NCBI GenBank assembly: GCA_903919045.1
Contig: CAIXGU010000228.1
Span: forward strand, 239 to 64,238
Source of the DNA: an uncultured Eubacteriales bacterium
Lineage (GTDB): Bacteria > Bacillota > Clostridia > Saccharofermentanales > UBA5734
Reading direction: 5' to 3'
Length of the DNA stretch: 64,000 nt
A model generated the notes under the pieces. That model saw only the letters and a list, made by a program, of their open reading frames with translations, had not been told where the DNA came from and searched no databases. Positions 27,916-37,030 of this stretch are shown piece after piece; position 1 is the first letter of the stretch; each line of letters starts with the position of its first letter. Position numbers and translations under genes: made by a program.

Positions 27916-29817
27916 TCAGGGACGCGCGGGATCGAGCACCTGCACCGCGTCGAGGAAGCGGGCGAGGCCGTACTGGGCGGCGTGCGCGAGGGTGTAGCCG
28001 TTGAGCGGGACCCGGTCGATGAAGACGGAGTCCCGTCCGACGTTGAGGTAGGGCGTCGCCCCGATGCCGCAGAAGATGCGGAATCCGGCTTCCTTGAGGA
28101 TCGGCATGCGCTTGTCCGCGTTCGGGATCCAGCTGCCGTTCGGGTATACGAGGATGCCCACGGGTCCGGTCAGCGGCTCGACCTGCGCCGCCCACTTCGC
28201 CGTGTCGGTGCGCAGGCGGTCCGCGGACGCCGCCGAGACGTCGATGCCGCCGTACGTCGAGGAGGCGAAGGACCAGCCGTGGTCCTCGAGGCTCCGGATC
28301 ACCGCCGCGACGTCCTTGCGGCTCGCGGCGATCTCCGCCTCCGTCATCGCGAGGGACGACTCGCCGTTCGCGAGGAGCGCCGCGTTGCGGTCGTCGAGCT
28401 CGTCGGCGTCGACGATCGCCCCGAAGACGCATTCGTAGCCCGTCAGCGAGATCGTGCCCCGCGCGCCGTTGAAGCTGAACTCCGGGTGCTCGGCCAGGAA
28501 CGATTCGAGGATCCCGATCGCCTCGCCGTCCGCATCGGTGCGCAGGGCGCCGCCGGACGGATAGGTCGAGACGACGTGCCCGTCGGCCGACAGGGACAGG
28601 GAGATCGAATTGCCGGTGCTGCGCCGGACCACGTAGTAGTTCAGCCCCTCGAGGCCGAGGACGATCGGCTTCTTCCCCTTGGGGATCCGGAGCGTGCGGC
28701 GGGTCGCCGTCACCTGCCCGTCGACGGTCGGGAACCCGAACAGGGACGGCAGGTCGACCAGGATGTAGTCCCGCGCGAGGAGCTGCTCGAGGATGCGGCG
28801 GAACTCGTAGGTCGTCAGCATCGCGTCGGCGGCCGCCTGCGCGTAGGAGTCGCCGTCGAAGGCCTCGGCAGGGTCCGCGATCAGCGGGCGGATCGCGACG
28901 TACTCGATCGGGTCCGTCCAGACCTCGAGCTCGGCGGCGGTCTTCACCTCGCACTGCGCGATCAGGTCCGCGACCTCGGCGTCCCCGGGCATCACGCGGT
29001 CCAAGGTGCCGAGCTCGTCCAGCGCGGTGTAGTAGCGGCTCCCGTCCATGAGCACGGCGATCCGCGCCAGCACGGGTTCGCGCATTCCGGCGCGGCAGGC
29101 CTCGAGGCGCGCCAGCGAGACGTCGTGCAGGAACCCGGCGCTCCCATCGGCGAGCGCCAGGTACCCGGTGGCGGCCTCGAGCCACCGCTGGCCGGCGAGC
29201 GCCTCGTCGGCGGCGACCACCGCGGGGCGCGCTTCGACCAGGGCGGGGATCTCGTCGAGCAGGCCTTGCATCGCCGAGGCCGCGGCCGGCACGTCGCGCA
29301 ATTGCGCCAGGACGGACGAGATCGCGTCGATGTCGCCGGACCCGCCGAGATAGGCTTCGCAGGATGCGCGCGCGAGGCGGGACAGGAGCATCGAGGCGAT
29401 CTCCTGCATCCCGTCGAGCAGCGCGAGCGAAGCGGCAGGAAGCCCGCCTTCCGTCGGCAGGGCGTCGTAGAGCGCGGTCACACGCGATTCGAGGATGCCC
29501 TCCATCCGGTTGAGGGATTCCTTGTAGGTGTCCGTGAAGGAGAAGATCGAGGCATCCCGGAGCGAGCGCTCCTGGACGTCGCGGTAGACGGACAGCGCGG
29601 CTGCGTAGTCGGCCACGCCGATCGCCTCGTCGAACCGGCCGTATGCGGTGTCCGCGCGGTGCTTCGCGGACAGCCAGACGCCGCCCGTCGCGGCCGCGCC
29701 CACGAGGACCACGGCGAGCAGCCCCGCGAGGAAGCGCCGGACGAAGCGCCGCCGTCCCGCCGCCTTCCGGTCGAAGCCGTCCCAGCGCACCGAGCGGACG
29801 CGGACCGCGCGCGCCAC
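27916..29817 (-). CDS. Membrane-anchored protein of unknown function; the C-terminal domain resembles a degenerate polysaccharide-deacetylase (NodB-like) fold
   Basis: 633 aa. The N-terminus is basic with one TM (FLAGLLAVVLVGAAATGGVWL), followed by a long helical region. The C-terminal part reads KKPIVLGLEGLNYY ... GWSFASSTYGG, where NodB proteins carry TFDDG and H-x-x-H. The GC3 bias supports coding. Confidence 0.55.
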   Translation of the reverse strand: MARAVRVRSVRWDGFDRKAAGRRRFVRRFLAGLLAVVLVGAAATGGVWLSAKHRADTAYGRFDEAIGVADYAAALSVYRDVQERSLRDASIFSFTDTYKESLNRMEGILESRVTALYDALPTEGGLPAASLALLDGMQEIASMLLSRLARASCEAYLGGSGDIDAISSVLAQLRDVPAAASAMQGLLDEIPALVEARPAVVAADEALAGQRWLEAATGYLALADGSAGFLHDVSLARLEACRAGMREPVLARIAVLMDGSRYYTALDELGTLDRVMPGDAEVADLIAQCEVKTAAELEVWTDPIEYVAIRPLIADPAEAFDGDSYAQAAADAMLTTYEFRRILEQLLARDYILVDLPSLFGFPTVDGQVTATRRTLRIPKGKKPIVLGLEGLNYYVVRRSTGNSISLSLSADGHVVSTYPSGGALRTDADGEAIGILESFLAEHPEFSFNGARGTISLTGYECVFGAIVDADELDDRNAALLANGESSLAMTEAEIAASRKDVAAVIRSLEDHGWSFASSTYGGIDVSAASADRLRTDTAKWAAQVEPLTGPVGILVYPNGSWIPNADKRMPILKEAGFRIFCGIGATPYLNVGRDSVFIDRVPLNGYTLAHAAQYGLARFLDAVQVLDPARP

Positions 29818-29818
29818 G

Positions 29819-30649
29819 TCAGTCCGCCTCCCCGATCTCGAGCTGCCGGCGCGGCAGGCTCCCGTCGCGCAGGTAGGTCCCGACGGCCGGGATCGCCTTC
29901 ACGCGGTAGTGGTCGGGGTCCGCGAGGCCGGACTCGGAGGCGCGCACGACGGACACGACGCGGCTGCCCTTCTTGGACTGCATCACGTGCGCGCCTTGGT
30001 TGTCGCGCGCGACCTTGGCCGGGACCAGCGAGGAGTGGAACACGAGGACCTTGCGGATGCTGCTGGTGACGACGAAGTCCTCCTCGGCCGGGAGCGGGAG
30101 CATCGCGACGAGCGGAGACCCCGCGTAGAAGCCGTTCTTCAGCTTGCGCCGGTTCGTCTTCGTCTCGTAGGCCTTCAGGTCGACGCGCGACACCCGCCCG
30201 TTCTCGAAGGCGAAGAGGAGGGTGCCGGCGTAGTCGTCGGTCGCGAGGAAGGCCACGACCTTCTCCCCTTCCTCGAGCTCGAGCCGGTTCGTCAGGAATT
30301 CGCCGAGATCGGACGGACGGTGGTCCGGGAACTCGTACGCCTTCGCCTTGCAGCAGTTCCCGCGGTCCGTGAAGAACAGGACGTCCGACTTGTTCCGGGC
30401 CTCCTGCTCGCGCACGACCCGGTCGTCCTCCTTGGTCTTGATCTCGCCGTTCGCGCGCAGCGACGTCAGCGGGATCTTCTTCAGGTACCCGTGCGCCGTG
30501 AGGAACAGCTTCAGGTTGTAGTCGTCGATCAGGTGGTGGTCCTCGACGGCCTCCACGCTCTCCTCGTCGACGATGCGCGACCGGCGCGGCTTGCCGTACT
30601 TCTTCGCCACCGCGTCGAGGTCCGAGACGATCCGGTTGTCGATCTTCAT
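29819..30649 (-). CDS. Type IIA topoisomerase subunit A (ParC/GyrA family): C-terminal beta-pinwheel segment, separated from the N-terminal segment by a frameshift
   Basis: 276-aa ORF starting MKIDNRIVSDLDAVAKKYGKPRRSRIV, which continues the A-subunit sequence exactly where the upstream frame loses homology. Confidence 0.8.
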   Translation of the reverse strand: MKIDNRIVSDLDAVAKKYGKPRRSRIVDEESVEAVEDHHLIDDYNLKLFLTAHGYLKKIPLTSLRANGEIKTKEDDRVVREQEARNKSDVLFFTDRGNCCKAKAYEFPDHRPSDLGEFLTNRLELEEGEKVVAFLATDDYAGTLLFAFENGRVSRVDLKAYETKTNRRKLKNGFYAGSPLVAMLPLPAEEDFVVTSSIRKVLVFHSSLVPAKVARDNQGAHVMQSKKGSRVVSVVRASESGLADPDHYRVKAIPAVGTYLRDGSLPRRQLEIGEAD

Positions 30650-30650
30650 G

Positions 30651-32066
30651 GGGGTTCGAGAGGACGCCGCGCAGCTCCTCGATCTCGGCGGACAGCGCCT
30701 TCAGGTCGGCCGTGCGCGTGAGGATGTACTCCCGGTTCAGGTTGCGGAGGCGGATCTCGGCGACGAACTCGGCCTGGGCCTGGTCGATCCCGAAGCCGGC
30801 CATCAGGTTCGGCACGACGTCCGCCTCGCGCTCGCTTTCCCGGACGATCCGCACCGCCTTGTCGATGTCGAGCAGGATGCGCTCGAGCCCGCGCAGCAGG
30901 TGCCGCCGCTCCTCCTTGCGCTCCATCTCGTAGCGGGTCTCGCGCGCGACGCAGCTCCGGCGCCAGGCGAGCCATTCCGCCATCAGCGCCTTCACGCCCA
31001 GCACGCGCGGGGCGCCGTCGATCAGGACGTTGAAGTTGCAGGCGAACGACGCCTCGAGCCCCGTGTAGCGGAAGAGCTTGCGCATCATCGCCTCGGGGTC
31101 CGCGGACCGCCGGTACTCGATCGCGAGGCGCATGCCGTCGAGGTCCGTCTCGTCCCGGACGTCGGCGATCTCCTTCATCTTCCCCGACCGCACGAGCTCG
31201 GCGATGTCGTCCATCACGGCCTCGACCGTCGTCGTGTACGGCAGCTCGCGGATCTCGACGAGCGCCTCCTTCTTGTCGATCCCGTACGTCGCGCGCAGGC
31301 GGACGGACCCTCGGCCCGTCGCGTAGATGCGGTCCATCTCCGCGGCGTCCATCAGGATCTCGGCGCCGGTCTCGAAGTCGGGCGCGGGCATCAGCGTCCG
31401 GACGTCCACCGAGGGCTCGCGGATGAAGGCCGCCGTCGCCCGGCAGACCTCGGCGAGGTTGAACGAGCAGATGCTGCTGGCCATCCCGACCGCGATGCCC
31501 TGGTTCGCGTTCACGAGGATCGTCGGGAACGTCGCCGGGAGCAGCGTCGGCTCCTCCAGCGTCCCGTCGTAGTTGTCCATGAAGTCGACCGCGTTCCGGT
31601 CGAGTCCGCGGAAGACCTCCTCGCAGATCCGGTCGAGCCGCACCTCCGTGTAGCGGGAGGCCGCGTACTGCATGTCGCGGGAGTACTGCTTGCCGAAGTT
31701 TCCCTTCGAGTCGACATAGGGGTGCAGCAGCGCCCCGTTGCCGCGCGTGAGGCGGACGAGGGTCTCGTAGATCGCCTGATCGCCGTGCGGGTTCAGCTTC
31801 ATCGTCTGTCCGACGACGTTCGCCGACTTCGTCCGCGCGCCCCCGAGGAGGCCCATCCGGAACATCGTGTAGAGGAGCTTCCGGTGCGAGGGCTTGAAGC
31901 CGTCGATCTCCGGGATCGCGCGGGAGACGATCACGCTCATCGCGTAGGGCATGTAGTTGCCCTCGAGCACCTCGGTGATCGGACGTTCGTCCGCCGCGAC
32001 CGTCGACGCCGCCGGAGCCGCGCCCCGGACCCGTCCGTCCTCGTCCTTCGGAATCCGCTTCGCCAT
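30651..32066 (-). CDS. Type IIA topoisomerase subunit A (ParC/GyrA family): N-terminal breakage-reunion segment (472 codons), frame lost at the C5 run 30650-30654
   Basis: The ATG at 32064-32066 lies 7 nt after GAGGAG. Motifs include YMPYAMSVIVSRAIPEIDGFKPSHRKLLY, the catalytic region AASRYTE, and LNPHGDQAIYETLVRL. Homology ends at ...AEIEELRGVLSNP. Confidence 0.85.
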
Positions 32067-32077
32067 GCCGCCGCTCC

Positions 32078-34090
32078 TCAGCCGATGTCGAGCATGTCGC
32101 GCCAGCGATGCCCGTGGGTCTCGATATGCGCCTTGCGCCCCGCGAGGTTGTCGCCGAGCAGGAGCTCGAAGACCTCCGCGGTGCGGCGCGCGTCCTCGGG
32201 CATCACCCGGACGAGCCGCCGCGTCGCGGGATTCATCGTGGTGCGCCACATCATCTCCGGCTCGTTCTCGCCCAGGCCCTTGGACCGCTGGATCGTCGCC
32301 TTCGCGTCCCCGATCCGGGCGAGCGTCTCGGCCTTCTCGCGCTCCGTATAGGCGAAGTAGGTCTGCTCCTCGCGGCCCTTCCCGCCCTTTACCGTGATCT
32401 CGAAGAGCGGCGATTCGGCGATGTGCACCTTCCCCGACTCGATCAGGCTCGGGACGAGCCGGTACAGCATCGCGAGGATGAGCGTCCGGATCTGGAAGCC
32501 GTCCACGTCGGCGTCGGTGCAGACGATCACGCGCGCGAATCGCAGGGAGCCCATGTCGAAGGCCGACAGGTCTCGGTTGTGCTTCGTCTGGATCTCGACG
32601 CCGCACCCGAGGACCTTCACGAGGTCGGTGATCACGTCGCTCCGGAAGATGCTCTCGTAGTCGGCCTTGAGGCAGTTGAGGATCTTGCCGCGGACGGGCA
32701 TGATCGCCTGGAATTCGGCATCGCGCCCGAGCTTGCAGGAGCCGAGCGCGGAGTCGCCCTCCACGATGTAGAGCTCGCGCACGGACGTGTCGCGCGTCCG
32801 GCAGTCGACGTACTTCTTCACGCGGTTCGCGATGTCGACGCCGCCCATCAGCTTCTTCCGGAGGTTCAGGCGCTGCTTCTCCGCCGACTCGCGGGAGCGC
32901 TTGTTCGCCAGCAGCTGGTCCGCCACGCGGTCCGCCTCGGCGCGGTTCTCGACGGTCCAGACCTCCAGCCTGCGCCGGATCTGCTCCGTCATGAACTCCT
33001 GGATGAAGCGGTTGCTGATCGCCTTCTTCGTCTGGTTCTCGTAGCTGGTCGCCGTCGAGAAGGAGCTCGCGACCAGGAGCAGGCTGTCCTGCACGTCGGG
33101 GAACGCGATCCGCGCCTCTTCGGCCTTGTACTTCCCGCGCGCCTTGAGCAGCTTGTCGAGCTCGGACACGAAGGCGCTGCGGACGGCCTTGTCCGGCGAG
33201 CCCCCGTGCTCGAGCCAGCTCGAGTTGTGGTAGTACTCGAGGGCGTTGACCTCGTTGTGGAAGCAGAAGGCGAGCGAGAACTTCACCTTGTATTCCGGCT
33301 TGTCCTCGCGGTCGCGGCCGCGGCCGGCCGCCTCGAAGAGCACCGGACGGGAGAGGCCGCCGTCGCCGGCGAGTTCCTTCACGTAGCCCTCGATGCCCTC
33401 GGGGTAGAGGTATGTCTCCCGCGTCCCGACCGGCTCGTCGACGAAGACGAACTCCACGCCGGGGTTCACGATCGCCTGCCGCTTGAGGACGTCGGTGAAG
33501 TAGGAGGCCGGGATGTCGGTCTCGGTGAAGACCTCCCGGTCCGGCTTCCATTTCTGGAAGGAACCCGTCCCGCGGCCCGCCACGGGCGTCTTGCGCAGGC
33601 CTCCGACGTTCTCGCCGCGCTCGAAGCGGAGCTCGTAGCGGAAGCCGTCCCGCTGGACGGAGACCTCGAACCATTCGGAGGCGTACTGCGTCGCGCAGGC
33701 GCCGAGGCCGTTCAGGCCGAGGCTGTACTCGTAGCTCTCGCCCGAGAGGTTGTCGTACTTGCCGCCGGCGTAGAGCTCGCAGTACACGAGCTCCCAGTTG
33801 AATCGCCCTTCCTTCTCGTTGTAGTCGAGCGGGATGCCCCGCCCCTCGTCCTTGACCGACAGGGAGCCGTCCCGGTTCCGCCGCACCTCGATGCGCTTCC
33901 CGTAGCCCTCGCGCGCCTCGTCGATCGAGTTCGAAAGGATCTCGAAGAAGGAATGCTGGCAGCCCTCGAGACCATCCGATCCGAAGATCACGGACGGACG
34001 GAGCCGCACGCGGTCGGCGCCTTTCAGGGAGGAGATGCTCTCGTTGCCGTACGTCTTCCCCTTCGCCATCCGCCGTCCGTTCCCTCCCAT
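32078..34090 (-). CDS. Type IIA topoisomerase subunit B (ParE/GyrB family; probably the topo IV-like second enzyme)
   Basis: The GHKL ATPase part has EILSNSIDEA and GLNGLGA. The Toprim part has ELYIVEGDSA and DADVDG. The start is the ATG at 34088-34090, or alternatively 34067-34069 (MAKGKTYG). Confidence 0.9.
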   Translation of the reverse strand: MGGNGRRMAKGKTYGNESISSLKGADRVRLRPSVIFGSDGLEGCQHSFFEILSNSIDEAREGYGKRIEVRRNRDGSLSVKDEGRGIPLDYNEKEGRFNWELVYCELYAGGKYDNLSGESYEYSLGLNGLGACATQYASEWFEVSVQRDGFRYELRFERGENVGGLRKTPVAGRGTGSFQKWKPDREVFTETDIPASYFTDVLKRQAIVNPGVEFVFVDEPVGTRETYLYPEGIEGYVKELAGDGGLSRPVLFEAAGRGRDREDKPEYKVKFSLAFCFHNEVNALEYYHNSSWLEHGGSPDKAVRSAFVSELDKLLKARGKYKAEEARIAFPDVQDSLLLVASSFSTATSYENQTKKAISNRFIQEFMTEQIRRRLEVWTVENRAEADRVADQLLANKRSRESAEKQRLNLRKKLMGGVDIANRVKKYVDCRTRDTSVRELYIVEGDSALGSCKLGRDAEFQAIMPVRGKILNCLKADYESIFRSDVITDLVKVLGCGVEIQTKHNRDLSAFDMGSLRFARVIVCTDADVDGFQIRTLILAMLYRLVPSLIESGKVHIAESPLFEITVKGGKGREEQTYFAYTEREKAETLARIGDAKATIQRSKGLGENEPEMMWRTTMNPATRRLVRVMPEDARRTAEVFELLLGDNLAGRKAHIETHGHRWRDMLDIG

Positions 34091-34164
34091 ATCTTGGGGT
34101 CCTTCCCGTCGTTCCGGTTCGATTATACACCCGGTAGGGGTGCAAGGCGCCGGTTCCGGGGCAT

Positions 34165-34190
34165 GAAGAAGCCGCCCTTCGCGGGGCGGC
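34165..34190 (-). terminator. Intrinsic terminator after the tRNA-Gly/tRNA-Arg pair
   Basis: On the reverse strand: stem GCCGCCC, loop CGCGAA, stem GGGCGGC, then TTCTTC. Confidence 0.55.
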
Positions 34191-34196
34191 TCCTTG

Positions 34197-34272
<76 letters not shown>

Positions 34273-34274
34273 GT

Positions 34275-34348
34275 TGGAGCGGGTGATGGGAATCGAACCC
34301 ACGCAATCAGCTTGGAAGGCTGAGGTTCTGCCATTGAACTACACCCGC
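34275..34348 (-). tRNA. tRNA-Gly(TCC), CCA encoded
   Basis: The reverse complement reads GCGGGTGTAGTTCAATGGCAGAACCTCAGCCTTCCAAGCTGA..TTCGATT..CACCCGCTCCA. The anticodon loop is CTTCCAA. Confidence 0.92.
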
Positions 34349-34365
34349 GCGGCGCTACGGAGGCG

Positions 34366-34394
34366 ATTCTACCGCAGCGTCCCGGGTTTGTCCA
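34366..34394 (-). promoter_or_regulatory. SigA-type promoter for tRNA-Gly/tRNA-Arg (TGGACA, 17 nt, TAGAAT)
   Basis: The reverse complement of 34389-34394 is TGGACA and that of 34366-34371 is TAGAAT. The tRNA begins 17 nt downstream. Confidence 0.6.
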
Positions 34395-34494
34395 CCGCCT
34401 CGGACGGCTTCCCTCCCCTCCGGACCGGACAAACGCCTTCCGCCCCGGTCCGCGGACCATCCTTTGAATCGCAAAGAAATTGCGTCCCTCATCT

Positions 34495-34522
34495 TGTGTT
34501 CGGCCTACGCTTCCATATACTA
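34495..34522 (+). promoter_or_regulatory. Candidate promoter for the uracil permease gene (TTGTGT, 16 nt, TATACT)
   Basis: The hexamers are at 34495-34500 and 34517-34522, in an AT-rich intergenic islet. Confidence 0.4.
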
Positions 34523-34584
34523 GATGTAGAGCACCCCCGAGAACCGAATACGAAGCCGCCCCAGGGCCCCAAGGAAAAGGAGAG

Positions 34585-35931
34585 ATGCGCATGAGCGGTC
34601 CCGCCCCCAAGGTCATCGGCTACCTGCCCGACGAACGGCCCCCGATCTGGAAGCTGATCCTGTTCGCCCTCCAGCAGATCCTGGTCATGTTCCCGGCCAC
34701 CGTCCTCGTCGCCCTCCTGACCGGCTTCCACGTCTCCACCACCCTCTTCGCGGCCGGCTTCGCGACCCTCGGCTTCGTGCTGGTCACGCGCGGAAAGATC
34801 CCCCTGTTCTACGGCTCCAGCTTCTCCTACATCGCCGCGATCGTCTCCATCACCGGCGTGAAGAGCTTCGGCGAGCTCGCGCCGGACGCCCTGATCTCGC
34901 AGGCCCAGTTCGGCATCATCTGCTCCGGTCTCGTCTCCATCGTCGCCGGCCTCATCATCAACGCGTTCGGCCCGGAGAAGATCGAGAAGGTCCTCCCGCC
35001 GACCGTCACCGGCAGCATCGCGATCGTCATCGGCATCTCCCTCGCCGGCACCGCCCTCGCGGGCGCGGCGGGCAACGGCGCCGAAGGCCTCCTGCAGAAC
35101 AAGGCCTGGCTCGTCGCGCTCGTCACCCTCGTCGCCACGATCGTCTTCTCGGTCTACCTGAGGGGAACGTGGGGCCAGCTCCCGATCCTCTTCGGCATCC
35201 TCGTCGGCTACGCCTTCGCCGCCGCGATGGGCGTGATCGACTTCACGAAGATCTTCGACGGCTCGATCGTCTCCGTCCCCCACTTCACCCTGCCCGACTT
35301 CTCCTTCGGCCCCGGAGCGATCGCGGCGCTCCTGGCGATCATGCCGATCGCCATCGCCACGATCCCCGAATCCACCGCCCACCTCTACCAGCTCGACATC
35401 TACGTCGACCACCTGGCCGAGCAGAAGGGCAAGGGCCCGTACGGCATCAAGAACCGCCTCGGCTGGAACCTGATCGGAGACGGCGTGGGCGACATGCTGT
35501 CCTCGATCTTCGGCGGCCCCGCCGGCACCAACTACGGCGAGAACCTCTCCACGATGGCCATCACCCGCAACTTCTCCGTGCCCGTCATCATCGGCGGGGC
35601 GGTCCTCACGATGGTCGTCGCCTTCTTCTCGCCCGTGTCCCAGATCGTCAACTCGATCCCCGGCGCCGTCATCGGCGGCGTCAGCATCTACCTCTTCGGC
35701 GTCATCGGTGCGCAGGGCATCGCGATCATGATCAACCGCAAGGTCGACCTGTTCAGCGCGAAGAACCTGGCCGTGATCTCCACGATCCTCGTCATCGGCC
35801 TCGGCGGCAGCTACGTGTTCAACGGCATGATCCCGTTCTTCGGCGGGAAGCTCCCGGCGATCGCGACCGCCGCCCTCTTCGGCATCGTCCTCAACCTCGT
35901 ACTCTCCATCGGGAAGAAGAAGCAGGCCTGA
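34585..35931 (+). CDS. NCS2-family nucleobase permease (uracil/xanthine permease)
   Basis: The ATG at 34585 (or 34591) follows AAGGAAAAGGAGAG. There are about 12 TM segments, with the motifs FALQQILVMFPATV and GENLSTMAITR. Confidence 0.88.
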   Translation: MRMSGPAPKVIGYLPDERPPIWKLILFALQQILVMFPATVLVALLTGFHVSTTLFAAGFATLGFVLVTRGKIPLFYGSSFSYIAAIVSITGVKSFGELAPDALISQAQFGIICSGLVSIVAGLIINAFGPEKIEKVLPPTVTGSIAIVIGISLAGTALAGAAGNGAEGLLQNKAWLVALVTLVATIVFSVYLRGTWGQLPILFGILVGYAFAAAMGVIDFTKIFDGSIVSVPHFTLPDFSFGPGAIAALLAIMPIAIATIPESTAHLYQLDIYVDHLAEQKGKGPYGIKNRLGWNLIGDGVGDMLSSIFGGPAGTNYGENLSTMAITRNFSVPVIIGGAVLTMVVAFFSPVSQIVNSIPGAVIGGVSIYLFGVIGAQGIAIMINRKVDLFSAKNLAVISTILVIGLGGSYVFNGMIPFFGGKLPAIATAALFGIVLNLVLSIGKKKQA

Positions 35932-35960
35932 TCCGCTTCCTCCGTCCCTCGCGGCGGGGT

Positions 35961-35980
35961 CCCCGGGAGCGCTCCCGGGG
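35961..35980 (+). terminator. Perfect 20-nt GC palindrome (CCCCGGGAGCGCTCCCGGGG), candidate terminator after the permease gene
   Basis: It lies 30 nt after the stop codon. There is no U-tract, so termination efficiency is uncertain. Confidence 0.35.
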
Positions 35981-36016
35981 GCCCCGCTCCCCTTCCGGAC
36001 CGCGCGCCGCGGGCGT

Positions 36017-36045
36017 TTGACATCGGCGGGGGCCTTCCTTATAAT
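36017..36045 (+). promoter_or_regulatory. Consensus SigA promoter for the tRNA-His/Gln/Lys cluster (TTGACA, 17 nt, TATAAT)
   Basis: TTGACA is at 36017-36022 and TATAAT at 36040-36045. Confidence 0.75.
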
Positions 36046-36074
36046 CGCTAGTGCCTGCCGGGCAGGCGCTTCAT

Positions 36075-36151
36075 GGTGGAATTAGTTCAGTGGTTAGAGC
36101 GCCAGATTGTGGATCTGGATGTCACGGGTTCAAATCCCGTATTCCACCCCA
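36075..36151 (+). tRNA. tRNA-His(GTG) with encoded G-1 and CCA
   Basis: The sequence reads G-GTGGAAT..CCAGA-TTGTGGA-TCTGG..TTCAAAT..ATTCCAC-C-CCA. Confidence 0.92.
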
Positions 36152-36191
36152 ACGACTCCCTTCCGCAGGGCCCGCGAGGGCCCTGCCCCGA

Positions 36192-36266
36192 TGGGATGTA
36201 GCCAAGCGGCAAGGCACGGGACTTTGACTCCCGCATCCGCAGGTTCGAATCCTGCCGTCCCAGCCA
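36192..36266 (+). tRNA. tRNA-Gln(TTG), CCA encoded
   Basis: The sequence reads TGGGATG..CGGGA-CTTTGAC-TCCCG..TTCGAAT..CGTCCCA-G-CCA. Confidence 0.92.
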
Positions 36267-36269
36267 CAG

Positions 36270-36345
36270 GAGCCATTAGCTCAGTCGGTAGAGCACTTGA
36301 CTTTTAATCAAGGGGTCCGGAGTTCGAGCCTCCGATGGCTCACCA
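36270..36345 (+). tRNA. tRNA-Lys(TTT), CCA encoded
   Basis: The sequence reads GAGCCAT..CTTGA-CTTTTAA-TCAAG..TTCGAGC..ATGGCTC-A-CCA. Confidence 0.92.
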
Positions 36346-36351
36346 CCTCGA

Positions 36352-36382
36352 GGGGCCGGTTCCGGACGGAGCCGGCCCTTTC
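36352..36382 (+). terminator. Intrinsic terminator after the tRNA cluster
   Basis: The stem GGGCCGG (36353-36359) pairs with CCGGCCC (36372-36378) and is followed by TTTCC. Confidence 0.5.
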
Positions 36383-36423
36383 CGTCGCCGAACCGCACGG
36401 AACCGCACGGCACGGAGGGCGCC

Positions 36424-36972
36424 ATGGACATCCCCCTCGACCGTCTCCAGGACCCGGAAGCCGACGTCCGGCTCGTCCCCTTCGAGGAGAACCACGTCGC
36501 CGCGCTCGCGGCGGTCTTCCAGGACGCGCCGACGCTGCGCTTCTACCTCCCCTCCCTCGCCCGCCCCTTCAGCGAGGCGCAGCTCCGCGGGCTGCTCGCC
36601 GACTGGCACGACATGACGACCGATTTCGTCTTCACCATCGTGCACGGCGGGAAGGTCGCCGGGCTCTGCAACCTGTCCGGCGTCGACTGGGTCAACCGGA
36701 GCGCGGAGATCGGGGTCGCCCTGCTCCCCGACGGTCCGCGCGGGAAGGGCGTCGCACGCGCCGCCGTCCGCCTTCTGCTCGGCTTCTCGTTCCGCGAGGC
36801 GGGCCTGCACCGCATCATGGCCCGGATCCAGGACGGGAACGACGCGTCGACGCGGCTCTTCGAGGCACTGGGCTTCCGCCGCGAGGGCGCGCTGCGGGAC
36901 GCCGTGCGCCGCTCGGGCGGGTGGCGCGCCCTGAACGTCCTCTCCCTGCTCGAGGACGAATACCGGCCCTGA
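36424..36972 (+). CDS. GNAT-family N-acetyltransferase (RimJ/RimL-like)
   Basis: 182 aa with GGAGGG 4 nt before the ATG. Motifs are AEIGVALLPDGPRGKGVA and GLHRIMARIQDGNDASTRLFEALGFRREG. Confidence 0.82.
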   Translation: MDIPLDRLQDPEADVRLVPFEENHVAALAAVFQDAPTLRFYLPSLARPFSEAQLRGLLADWHDMTTDFVFTIVHGGKVAGLCNLSGVDWVNRSAEIGVALLPDGPRGKGVARAAVRLLLGFSFREAGLHRIMARIQDGNDASTRLFEALGFRREGALRDAVRRSGGWRALNVLSLLEDEYRP

Positions 36973-36999
36973 AATGCGCGGCCCGCGGCGCTTCCGGCG

Positions 37000-37030
37000 T
37001 TGGACGCCGGGTCGGGCGCTGTGCTATATT
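37000..37030 (+). promoter_or_regulatory. Candidate promoter for pfp (TTGGAC, 19 nt, extended -10 TGCTATATT)
   Basis: TTGGAC is at 37000-37005 and TGC-TATATT at 37022-37030. Confidence 0.5.

Noticed and set aside
30640-30660. Independent expression of the topoisomerase C-terminal domain from the ATG at the frameshift junction (a naturally split gene)
   Set aside because: The upstream frame has no stop codon near the junction; it stays open for about 390 more codons. No SD precedes the ATG. A split-gene design therefore seems unlikely, and a homopolymer indel is the simpler reading.
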